Assembly: GCA_000934665.2 (NCBI GenBank)
Contig: JYFJ02000451.1
Location: 111,200-131,199 of the forward strand
Source: Catajapyx aquilonaris
Lineage: Eukaryota
Reading direction: 5' to 3'
Length of the DNA: 20,000 bases
The translations under genes were made by a program, and so were the position numbers. Numbering within the stretch: position 1 is the first letter of the stretch; each line of letters starts with the position of its first letter. Positions 8,871-20,000 of the stretch are shown one piece after another. Under the pieces are notes generated by a model. It was not told the DNA's origin. It saw only the letters and a list, made by a program, of their open reading frames with translations, and searched no databases.

Positions 8871-10971
8871 TTACGTAAATTTGGTTCTCTGTGCTAAGAC
8901 GTGTGAGATTCTGTGTGTCTTATTTGGTTACCGGCATCCAGCAGATATCTTCAAGTGTTGTGTTTGTTTACTGCTGTAGGTATAAGGTGAGTTGTGGTCA
9001 TCATTTTTGTCCACTGTAATGGCATGTATGGTTTGCTATACGTACTTCTATTCAAATTATAGTGATGCTTAATGTCAATGTTAATGTCATGTGGTGGCTA
9101 ATATTTTTGCAATTATGTGTACTGCATAAAATATTATTAGAGAGGCTAAGCATTAATAGTGCTCATAAACAAAAAAAATATGCCAATATCGTGTATAAGT
9201 TGATGAAAGAACTGAATAATTTTTTGACACAATTTTTGTTACAAATACCAATTGACATATTGTAGGCTGTAGTATGCGGTGGCGTGTGGGCGTATAGGAT
9301 AATAGCATTATTATCGTAGGTATTATTTGGTACATCTCAGTATAACGGTTTAGTTCAAAATATTCTGTATGTTACAGATTAGGATATTACGTTGGACCGC
9401 TCACATTCCTGCTAATGGAAGACAGTTATCTTTCTTGGTGCACGACGGTCAGTATTTGTGTCACGTCTCATTGTCCCTTCCGCTACGATATATATTTTTT
9501 TTGCACCGGCTATAAAATTTGTAATGACCCCATGGTGACAACTGCGCTGAAAAGCGACAGTTTCTTGAAGAACCTGTATCCGGACAGGTGTTGAGTGCTA
9601 TTTTCTCCATACTTATCTGATGATTGTGATCATTCATTAAGATGTCTGTGATAATCTTTCTCTAACATTTGACAATATAAAAAGTTCAATAATTATATCA
9701 TCAAAATATCATTGCTTCTTGATGAATTCCGCATCTCTCTGAGACCACCAGGTTCACAGCATCCAGGTGGGCTTGATTCTTCAGTTTTACTTCTGTCAAC
9801 GAAAAGTCAACACCTGCTACTGTGCTTGTGCAGCGTCCTCTGTCACCTGTCGCGAATTACGCCACCATAAAGTTTTTACGTCTCTTCTTATCTGGTGCAG
9901 GTCTTGTTCAGTTCCTTAATGGAAGAATACATCTGTCATCAATTGCGTGACTTATTTGTCCGTATTTGATATAATGGCCCGTAATTTATGAAAGTGGACT
10001 ATTTATAAGAATTCCTGACACACATAGTTTATTAATAATTAATACAGAAACAAGATCTGGCGAACACCTGTATAGGTAGATACCAAGGTAGATACTGAAT
10101 AAATGGTCTGAAATAACAATTTTCAACTAATTAACACTTAATAAGTACATGTTTCAAATAAGAGAATAACATCACATTTAATAATCATCGTTATCATGAA
10201 AATGTGCCTTCGTGATACCTTGATATTAAAGTGCGATTGTGCTCTAATTTTGTCAGCATGGCTTGATACACTGGTACGACAAAAGTACGTAACTCGATAC
10301 AATATTTACGTACGCATGTCAATTCAACTTGCCAACCCACGTTTCGTGAATGTGCTCCCAGACATTTACCCCCAACATTAATGTCACAATTTTGCAAGCC
10401 CTCGCCCATAACTATTGAATGCCACGTGCGTTGTGTTATCTTACTTGTGTACATTACCCTCTTAATCGATATGAAATTGCCATTGTTATACCCTAGGCCT
10501 TGTGCGTCTGTTTGAACAGTACAGGGTTGGGCCTCGACGGTGCAGTTCAATAAAGTGAAGTATAAATGAGAATGGTATTGTGCTAGCACTTGTGCCTGAT
10601 TGGATATGGTGTACTTATGGGTATGAAAAATCCTCACTGAATAATCTGACAAGAGTATTGCCCAACAACTTATTGCCACCATGTAAAAATGCAGTCAGAA
10701 ATTTTGCCAAATATTGACACCAAAGACGCCAAATAATTTAGAGACTTCCGACATTAAAATATCTCTATCAATTACCTTCCTGCGTCCCTGATCCATCTGT
10801 ACGATTCATATGCAAATAATCTGCATTGCTAATATGAATCAAGTTTTTGCACATCGCTGCTGCTGCTGCTGACAAGAGACTGTTACGGGACTCCTAATGG
10901 CAGTTTTATAGAGGAAGGACACTAGCTTCATTAGCGACGCAGTAAATAGACTCTCGCTCAGATAATTAACT

Positions 10972-11300
10972 TCATTTATTTTATTAGCCATAAAATGTAA
11001 AAACAGCATATGCTACCAAGAGGCATTTGCACGGCTCACTGCCATCCTCAAAGTGTCACTAATTGAACCCTCGGACCTCCCTTGGACAACTGACCTACAA
11101 GCCAGTACAGCTCAGATTGCTCTTCACTAAGGTCAATCAGCTTCTTCGGAAGTTTCCCACGATTAGGAACAAACAGAGTTGTCCCGAGAATAAGTGGAAG
11201 GCGTTGCGAATGAGGTAGCAGCCTCGTTTAGCCGTCACTTTGGTTTTATTGCTGAAAAAGCAATCAGCTTTTGTCAACTTGTCGTCATCAGTTTATACCC
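10972..11300 (-). mobile_element. Possible 3' end of a degenerate non-LTR retrotransposon (CR1/L2-like)
   Basis: The minus strand ends in ...TTTTATGGCTAATAAAATAAATGAA after a GC-richer block. Its broken translation (RDNS..VPNR.KLPKKLI) loosely resembles LINE ORF2 C-termini. Weak. Confidence 0.25.
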
Positions 11301-13592
11301 CTGGTCATCGCAGGGCTGTAGGACAAACCCTCCGGGTTATATACAGTATACCCATGGATTGGACCGAAGGCCGGCGAAACATAAGCCCCCTCCATTTTAC
11401 AAGGCCTATAAAGTCATATACCATCCGTCTGTTGGTGCAGCATGGGAAAAGACCGACTCCAGGATTTGACCCGAGCCTTTTCGTTTAGTTCCGCCCGTCC
11501 CATTGTCTCGCTTGTTGTCACCACTTCCCGGGGTGAAAATACCCCATGACGACAGGGTTCGCCCCATGCTTCTGCCCATTGCTCAACGGGACATCTTCTT
11601 TTTCCAGAACCGGCACTGCTGGACAGAGAAGGTACCACACCACCACTTGTACAAAATTAATTTCAAATTATATTTAACATATTTAACCGCATATATTAAC
11701 TCTGAAGACAATGAGTAATGTTGTAGTTGCACTCCAAAATATGGTATAATTTACTGTGGTTGTATACAGTAGAAGGTTACGATTGAAAGAACTGCTAATG
11801 AGAATGGCATGGGTTGTCATTTACAGAAAGGGAATGGGATTGCTTTATGATGCAATTGAAGGGCTGTGAGCGAGAAAGGTAATTCTGAAATAGAATGGAT
11901 TTGTGTCCGTATATACCTATATACGCAGATCATCGTGTCAATAAGTTATGTAAAGAGAACTGTCAGTGGCGCCCTTTCAAAATATAAAAATTGAAACACG
12001 AAATGCCTTTTTATCCCTGGAAAATCAGCCTCGACAGTGGATAAGTGAATGGCTTAACTTGAGCTAATGCTAATCCTGCATGTAAGGTCATACATGGTCC
12101 AAAACTGACCGAGCAGCAGGATTTGTGTAGAGATTATCAGATTAGTATTATCAGTCCCTTTAGCCGAAGTTTAGAGTTTAGAAGAATCAATCAAGTATAC
12201 GACCAAGATTTATCAAATTTAAAGTTAAGATTACTTCGACAATAATTTCATGGTAAATATAGACTTATAAAGTTTTGAGTGAGGTGTTGTTAATCATTAT
12301 TGCAGGTGCCAGACTATTTCATACGTTTATTGCATACTAAAGTGGTGTCAATCTGTGACATAATGAATGAAAATGACGATAATGAGAAATGAAGGGGGAA
12401 TGGCCCTTGCAGTGCAATAGAATGCCATTTAAGGTGGAATTGGAATGGGTCATGTTATATACACCCCCTTTATTCAACCTAGAAACTCAACTTTAAAAAA
12501 ATTGGAAAAGAATAAATTACAATGCTGGCTCAGTTAGTGTTGCACAGTGACATTGTACAAAATAAGTAATATTGCATTTTGTGTCAGTTGTTGATGGCCA
12601 CATTGGTGTTTTGCGATCCTCCATTTACAACACTGATAGCCATCAGGTGTCTGGCCTTGATCGCTTTGTTTACTTCAGAACGTTCTGTACAATAGTTAAA
12701 CTAAAATTAGTGCGCTGCCTCTAATTAATACAAAAACCATCATTAAATTATATAGCTGTAGCAAAAACTGGCTCCCCTCCCATGGTTCCCCCGTTACCAT
12801 CAAACAGAAGCAGGATTCTAGTCCAGTTCCTGCTGCTCTAATTATCCAACAGGAATGCCCCTGATGATTTCTCAAGACTCTTAATCCCCCTCTCTAATTT
12901 TATCCATGTTTTGTTTCCCCTAATTGAAATTACCCCCCACACCTTTTCCACCCCGAAAAACCTTGATCCACTGCTTCAGGTCACATTTTTCTGTCGGCAT
13001 GTCCTTCTGGTTTTACCCCAACTGAGACATGGGGGCAAACAAGCGACCTCATGACTTTCCGCTTTAAAAAGAGTCCTAAGAGAGAGCGTGACTTTGAGTC
13101 TAAAGGCAACCCATGGCCAATCTGGAAAGGTTTGGGGGTCCCCCCCCCCCTCCGAATTGCAAGTGCCCTACACTAAAATGGTCCCTTTTTGAACCCTCCA
13201 GGCATTGCTTTGAGGCAGCCGACATGTCAACCTGTTACTTTTCGAGGCACCAACCGATATATTGTCAAACATGGTGCCTGAGGATGGATTCTTTTTCTCA
13301 AGGGCTTTTCCTTCCCGTTAGGCTGGCCCCGAGCCCCGCTTTTCACTCCCCTATTTATTACTAGGGCTCTCTCCCCTTGCTGTTTTATAGTGCTATCTGA
13401 GGATATTTTCCGGTTGCCAAGGGTGAGAAACTGAGGGACGGTTTTTGAAACGTCTCAATGCAATAAAAATAAAAGTCAAGTTGTCGCATAAGTGCGGATC
13501 GGATTATCTGGCTTGTCAACGTAATTGGGTATGGGTGTAATTTAGTGACCATTTGTTACATATTAGTCATACCTATATATGTGAGCAAAAGT

Positions 13593-13693
13593 TCGTCGAT
13601 GTTCGTCACAAATGTATGTCGTCGATGTTCGTCACAAATGTATGTCGTCGATGTTCGTCACAAATGTATGTCGTCGATGTTCGTCACAAATGT
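13593..13693. repeat. Perfect 26-bp minisatellite, 3.9 copies (TCGTCGATGTTCGTCACAAATGTATG)
   Basis: Identical units at 13593, 13619 and 13645, plus a 23-nt partial unit at 13671. No spacers. Confidence 0.95.
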
Positions 13694-13967
13694 GAATCCG
13701 GACACTTACCCAAAAGAAATTAAGAATTTAACATTGCGTGTAAGTGCGTATGGAGTAATGAGATGGGGACATTTTGACCCCTGTCATAAAACTGATTTTT
13801 GAGAAGATTTCGTGGAACATGGTCAGTTATTGCAAAATGCACGAGTTATTAATATTAGAACATCAGGCTCTCCAGGGCAATATGTCATAAATAAAAATTA
13901 ATCGCTTTACTAGAAATAACGAGAAATAAGTTATTAGTTAAAATATAATACAAGTAGAATATTATGT

Positions 13968-13994
13968 AGCAGCAGCAGCAGCAGCAGCAGCAGC
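13968..13994. repeat. (AGC)9 microsatellite
   Basis: Read directly from the sequence. Confidence 0.95.
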
Positions 13995-14849
13995 AACGGA
14001 TATTTTAACGAATCAAGCACGTGGTGTTATGGACTTTTTATACTGTATATTCTTTTTCAGATAAGTGTGAAGTGGTGTAAAATTTTACTGGTGAAATACA
14101 AATCATTTACTGTACGTCTGTAATGTGCTTCCCTGTTTACGATGGGAAATCCTAATTTACCACCACTTAATTGCTGAAGAGAAGGACTTCATAAACGGAC
14201 CCTTCTCCAGCAGTCCAGACTATTGCTGGCCATTATGGCGGCTTTTTGATGAAGGGTGTCACGAAAGGTTGCACACCAAAGTTTTTAATGTCCGGCAGCA
14301 TAATATACGGTAGCCCATGCTTAAATCACCCGGAGAAATACGGTGCAATCCTCAGCGGGGCCATTTTATTGCTATAGTAAAGGACAATCACCGTAGCAAA
14401 CCAAAATTTATTGGTATCGGCAGTTTGGGATCGATCCATCTAATCGGTCGTTTGAGTTGTTGTTTTTTTGTATAGTTAAACTGTAACATTGCTAATTACT
14501 GAACGTGAGTGGTTGGATGGCAGCACCTTCCACTCCACAGGTCCCAAGCCATCTACTTTCACTCTCACCGATGTCACTTTCACTCGTAAATTTTAATAGA
14601 CTTGCACACATAGGGGTCAATTATTTTATTAGAATGTAGTTGACTTCGGCACTTCTGCGGAAACTTTCAACGCTGCCTGTTTCGACTTTTTTTTTTAAAC
14701 TACACACTTTCAATTGAACGTATGAGCAAACCCACCTGTCGATAATGGCAGTCCACAGCATATTAGCAATTAGAAGGATGTACCCCTGTGGTACAAATTA
14801 AGGAAATTTATTGGTTCATATAAGTTAGCCCACATCCGTGTTCGTTGGT

Positions 14850-15127
14850 ACAATATTCAAAATTTAAATTAATATTTTTTAAATTGCCATTTGAAACAAA
14901 AATTGCATTGAAAATATACAATGTAAATATTAACATTACAAATTACTCTATAAAGGTTAAAATAAATTACTGTTTAAATATAAAATTAAAATTAACCTGC
15001 AATTTAAAAACAAAAATTAAATTACAATATATTTAAAAACAAAAAATTAAAAATTAGACTACAGTTATTTAATCATTAAATTAAAAATTAGCTACAATTT
15101 AAAACATTAAAATTAAAAACACAAATT
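14850..15127. repeat. AT-rich low-complexity tract (recurring AAATTAAAATT / TTAAAAACAAAA)
   Basis: Very few G residues and recurring A/T motifs. Confidence 0.8.
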
Positions 15128-15316
15128 CTGCTGACGTCACCAGGTTTAGAGTGAAAAATGTTTGTTATAATCGGACATGAATATTGAATAGCATCACGTG
15201 ACACAAGTTGCATCAGCTGTAGGTCATCCCAAGTGACCCCCCTCCGACAAACACACAATCCGCAGACCCTTATCAATCACCTTTCTAATGTGCGCCATGA
15301 GACCCCAACCATGTGA

Positions 15317-15349
15317 GGGGAGGGGGGGGGGGNNNNNGGGGGGGGGGGG
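15317..15349. other. Poly-G tract containing an assembly gap (NNNNN at 15333-15337)
   Basis: Read directly from the sequence. The true length across the gap is unknown. Confidence 0.95.
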
Positions 15350-18300
15350 TGACCCACCAATGCATCAGGTTGGGGACTTGTCTCTTTTGTAATATGGCGG
15401 CGTTGGACTCATGGGAACATTTGTCGGTCTCGCATTGCCTCTAGTAATGAGTTGAAAATTGCGTTCCGTGATTGCGGTCTTTATTTGGAGCGATGCAAAT
15501 GGGTCGGGGGAGACTCTTTTTGCTGGGATAGATGGGGGGAGAGTGGTTGTGAAATATTGGCGGAGAAGGACATATCAATCCTGATGCTGGAATAAGAGTG
15601 TGCTGGGGACAGCAGGGATGACACACCACAGGCAATGGAGGCGCTGATGATACCATGGTATGCCCAACATTTGAATTTACAGCAGTTTATGATCATCGTG
15701 TAAGTGACGGTTTGACCGGGGAGAAAAACATGCAAATATGCCCGGTTAGAAAATTAGTATTCCACTCACTAACCTCCCTTTAAAAAAAAAGAAAAAAAAA
15801 TCCCATTCTTTTTCACTCGTACCATCCAACCAGCGAGCAACATCCAGAAACATACACCCAGAATGCAGATAGAAATGGCTGCGAGTGGTTGTAAGTGCAA
15901 TCAGACTGGTTCGAATACGTGACTTCTGTTTGGTTGAACCTAATTGTAGGGTACACGCCTTCGGTAATTGCAGGCTTTTCTGTATATACAGTGGAAGGCG
16001 CACAGGAGCCTGGTTGCGGTTACAGATGAGGGTTACAGAGAGGGTATATAGTCCTGGAAGGTGGAAGATCCGACAACGGAACGTGACATGCTTTTTCTCA
16101 CATTCTTTGATATCCCAGAGGTATTTTTAAAAAGGAAAAGTCGATAGTGAATTTTGTGAAATATTTGATGGTCTAACCCGGAAGGCACCTTTGGCGACAT
16201 TGTTCTGCCTAGATGTACTCATTGTACTACGTATATTGCAGCATCCGGTACGAGCTGCACTATTTTCATTAACAATAGGTGCGAAAACCAGCAGCAGGTG
16301 CGAATCATCGCCTTATATAAATGTGGATCTCCTATATAGTATGTGTGTGTAGCAGGTGCGAAAAAAACAGACTAAAGGCTTATCAGCCATTAATCTTGAT
16401 ACTAAAATTTCTATTATGTCTACACTATACAGCATGTCCAGTTTCAGATCAGGATTGCGTTGACTTTTGTCACGTATAATGAGTGCACTCAATTGCAATG
16501 AAAGTTATTTTGCTGACACACATGCAGGTGAATGCAGTAGCTCATAGTATTTTTTTATCTTCATGATAAGGTTTTTTTTATAAAAAAAATATTAAGGCGG
16601 GGATGGAATATAAGGAGGAAGCAATTAGAGGAGGGTTAGAGAGAGAGCCGGTAGTTTGCGTGTTCCTTTCCGGCCAAAATGTCTTTTGTCGCTGGGAAAG
16701 CCGACCAACATTCGTGAGCATGCAGACCCCCGGTTTGCGTGCCGTTCCCTGTGCCCTGCATGTGCACCTTTTTGTGGTACATGTACCTATCTCCATGCAG
16801 CACAAAAATCGTTCAGAACGTATTCTCGACTGAACAGCGGTGTCGTTTCTCAACTATATAATATATACTAGCGCACCCGCAGCCAAAATTTGGCAAGGCC
16901 TGATGATTTAGTGCCGTGATCAGAAGGTGGCAGCACTCACAAGGGACCGTTCTCCTTCCGGAGCGTTCCAGAGGCGAAAAAAATAAGGCTATTATTATAG
17001 CGGGAATAAGAAAATTGGAGCCAAAAGTTTAATTATTTGAAGCTGAAACTTGCTGATTTCACCTACAATAAAATTAACTCAGCCACTCTTTGTCGAATGG
17101 GTTATTCCATCAATATAAATTACAGCAAGAAATTGGTGGTACTTGGGGCATGCCTCCACAGTATTTCCACACCCGACGTCAGTCTCCACTTTAGAGACGG
17201 GGAGGCCTCCCCAGTATATCATTGTGCCATAAAAGCGTCACATTTGAATATTAATTTGAAAGTAGGGGGGCGAAGCGGTGGGAAGGAGACATTCGTAGTC
17301 TGGCGACAAACACTGCAATCAAACCATGACTACCAATGGCGGCCTAGCTACAAAACTGAGGAATATTATTATTTTTTTTGCGGCGATGTTGGGGGGACAT
17401 TGGATCTTCTTTCAAGAGGTGCAGAAGCTTGTGTGACCAGGATTTGTAGTTTTATCAGCTCGTAAAAATGGGGATAATGGCTTGAGAGTCGCTTCTTCAA
17501 TTGCATTCCTGCTGGGACGATCATTGTTATGAGGGGTGGAAACAAGCAGATGTCACCTGAGGGTTGTGTATGCTAATTAAGACCTGATATCAGTCACAGA
17601 TTTTAAGATACAATCTCGTATTAGAATTTGACGGTTTCTACTATCTTTTATTGAATCTGTTTTTTTTTAACTTTTAGAGCCGGCATCACTAACTTAATGA
17701 AGAGCTGATTAATGCTAAAATTTTCATAATTACTACTGAGTATGGATGCAGCGCACATTTCGCGATTAGTGTAACGGATTAGCAGGGCATAATCCCACAT
17801 TCATGTCTGGTGTGTGTACCCACATAACGGCATCAACATTCCGGTCTGAATGTGTCTGGAATATTGTTTCACAATCAGATTAATCGCGCTTTACAATGAT
17901 GTGTACAGTTACAAACTGCTGTAGCCTACATTATAACTTGATCATATTTATGCAACAAAATGCATTGAAATTTGTATTCAACAAGTTGTTTACATTGTTG
18001 GTCTAAAATTAACCATTTACATATTTCGCTTTGGTTTCCACACTTATTTCCTCCATGTCCACACGAAACGGCCATTATTGATGCGCAATATTGCCAGTGC
18101 ATGTTACCTGAAGGTGGTGGTGTTTGGTCCCGCAACATTTGCACTTGAAGAATTTCCCCGAAAATGATCGGACCAAACGGAACGGTTAGGTGGAAAAGGG
18201 AAAATGTTAAGAGCACGAACGAAAAACCACTTCCTGCACGAGTCGACCCAATAAAAACCAGGCCTTAGAAAATTGGTGTGAAACGAAACAACTTTTCACC

Positions 18301-18380
18301 CAGCCAAGTCATCAGCAATGCGACGAACATAACGCAGAAAATGTACGATAACAATGATGAACATATAGCTAACCAAAAAT

Positions 18381-18408
18381 ATGATGATGATGATGATGAT
18401 GATGATGA
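18381..18408. repeat. (ATG)9 microsatellite
   Basis: Read directly from the sequence. Confidence 0.95.
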
Positions 18409-19044
18409 CCGTTCCGTGAGATAGCCTTCTCATTCAAACTGCCGTGGCCGTAAATAATTATTTTTCACCACTTCCTTCCATAAACATTATCTTTCCTGTT
18501 TATGATCCCGTCGGCTCCTTTCGCCTTCTTTTACGCTGGCTAATCAACACTGAAAGTCCGCTCCGAGTGCGTTCCTAATTAATGAGCTTTGCTTATGGCA
18601 CCGGAATGGCCCCCTCTTTTTATATAGGATTTTTGTAAGAGTCAGGCACTTTGGAAGACACCATAACTATTATGGTATAAGTCAGGCACACGACCCCCCC
18701 CCCTTCTTCAGTCAATATAACTGTGTATATATTCAGCCATTCAGGACCTGAAAGCGACACCTTCAGACAGTAGCAGGCCGCTATCAAAGTGATGACATTA
18801 AGGCCATAAAGCCATTTTACAGGAATGAAGCGCCCATTTTATTTTTTACTGCTTCCCTAACAATAATTAATCCGAACAATTAAGCAGTGTACCGCTTATG
18901 TGTTTATAGGGCTGAGGGAGCAACATTCACCCCCTGTAAACACTTTGCCAAAATCTGGTCATAAAAGACCTTCCTCCTCCTCCGAGACAGAGAGATGATG
19001 ACAAGTGTGCGACATGACACTTTCCAATGGCGGGCCATATACCC

Positions 19045-19093
19045 AGTCGGTCGTCGGTCGTCGTCGCCATCGTCGCCGCCGCCGCCGCCACCG
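19045..19093. repeat. GC-rich compound microsatellite (GTCG / TCG / CCG)n
   Basis: GTCGGTCGTCGGTCGTCGTCGCCATCGTCGCCGCCGCCGCCGCCACCG. It accounts for the poly-Gly, poly-Ala and poly-Arg runs in three overlapping minus-strand ORFs. Confidence 0.85.
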
Positions 19094-19889
19094 ACACTCC
19101 ATAAAAGACGCAACTCCATAAATGCATAAATCTCCCGGAAATAACCAGGGGAAATCGCAGCGGCTTAATGAACGATGCGCCAGGGAACACTTGCGCAAAT
19201 GTGAAATATCCTGCAGCTCGCGGTTGCTGGGAAAGCAAGAGTTGTAATGTTCCCCATAGCAAACCAACCATCCACAGGAGTTCTGCTGATTTAGACGTCG
19301 GAATTGGGCTTTTGGCGCCGAAGACAGGGGAGATCATAACAAACTGCGGTTAAGGATATAGGATGAAAAACCGTTGTCGGCCATTATTCTCACCATCACA
19401 TTGCCTCGTGATGATGTGCGTATATATGAGGAAATAAAATGGGGGATTTTTTTTTTTGTGCTTGGCGGTTTCTTCATTGTGGAACTGGTTTTTCTGGCAT
19501 ATACTTCGCTGGCTATGCGTCGAGGAATTTTGAAGTTGTTTTCTTTAGGAGACTTGCTGGCATCATGGGTATAAAATGGGCAGGATTTTGTGCTACTAAT
19601 GGGCCGTGGGTAAGTTCCATATCAGCAAACTTAAACTGAAGTTAGCTCGTAACTATCAGATGAAATGTTGGACAAACCAGGCATTCTACGTTTTATGGGA
19701 ACAAAATGTGTGAAGATCACTCTATAGGCCTATTAGCTGCTCAGTATATGACGTGCTCCGTTCTGTTTATATATTTGAGCCATATACAAAACTGATTTTC
19801 CTGCACGTGGAAGACTTATACAGTAAGTGCAATGCTGCAGCCATGAATTATGGGAAGTGTAGGTTTCACAGCTTCGTTTATTATAATTA

Positions 19890-20000
19890 CTAGCAGGATA
19901 CCAGGCGTTGCTCGGGTTATGAAATACTTTTCCATAGGAGTGACCCATTGATTTGGTAGTAATCTTTGCAATAATTATGGCTATACAATGTCGGCATACC
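19890..20000 (-). mobile_element. Helitron-type 3' terminus (element extends rightwards, possibly beyond the window)
   Basis: The minus strand reads ...AACCCGAGCAACGCCTGGTATCCTGCTAG|T: an imperfect GC-rich hairpin followed about 7 nt later by CTAG and a flanking T. This is the canonical Helitron 3' end arrangement. Confidence 0.6.

Noticed and set aside
10271..10281. CTGGTACGACA resembles the 3' part of miR-277; GTGAGCAAA at 13581 resembles the miR-87 5' end
   Set aside because: Only partial matches, and I saw no precursor hairpin.
10194..10682. 162-aa minus-strand ORF with ATG start
   Set aside because: No recognisable domain or coding-like composition. Likely a chance ORF, though a BLASTP would settle it.
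13593..13693. 26-bp repeats considered as a CRISPR array
   Set aside because: Units are contiguous with no spacers, there are no cas genes, and the context is eukaryotic.
17037..17465. 142-aa + strand ORF
   Set aside because: TTG start, no domain similarity and no convincing flanking splice sites.
18904..19337. Three overlapping minus-strand ORFs with poly-Gly/Ala/Arg
   Set aside because: Explained by the GC-rich microsatellite suppressing stop codons.

Overview
AT-rich eukaryotic genomic DNA, most likely arthropod given the gene family present, with one short assembly gap (N at 15333-15337). One protein-coding gene is well supported: a + strand, 5-exon, secreted clip-domain serine protease homolog (CLIPA / PPAF2 / masquerade-like class). 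Its CDS is join(1963..1970,2211..2667,3535..3690,4093..4650,5055..5213), 445 aa, with all four introns GT-AG and frame-consistent. The protein has a signal peptide, a Pro-rich N-terminal extension, a 6-Cys clip domain and a trypsin-fold domain with the catalytic Ser replaced by Gly (GDGG). Both cysteines of the usual Cys42-Cys58 disulfide are also missing. A candidate promoter with TATA, kappaB-like, GATA and E-box motifs lies just upstream. The remaining ~14.7 kb is non-coding and repeat-rich: two near-perfect fold-back elements (one intronic, one TA-flanked just past the 3' end), a Helitron-type 3' terminus near the right edge, tandem repeats, microsatellites and several degenerate gene/TE-like remnants. 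I see no convincing evidence of a wholly new biological system. The best leads are the divergent pseudo-protease, its possible alternative or recursive 5' splicing, and the intronic 149-nt hairpin.
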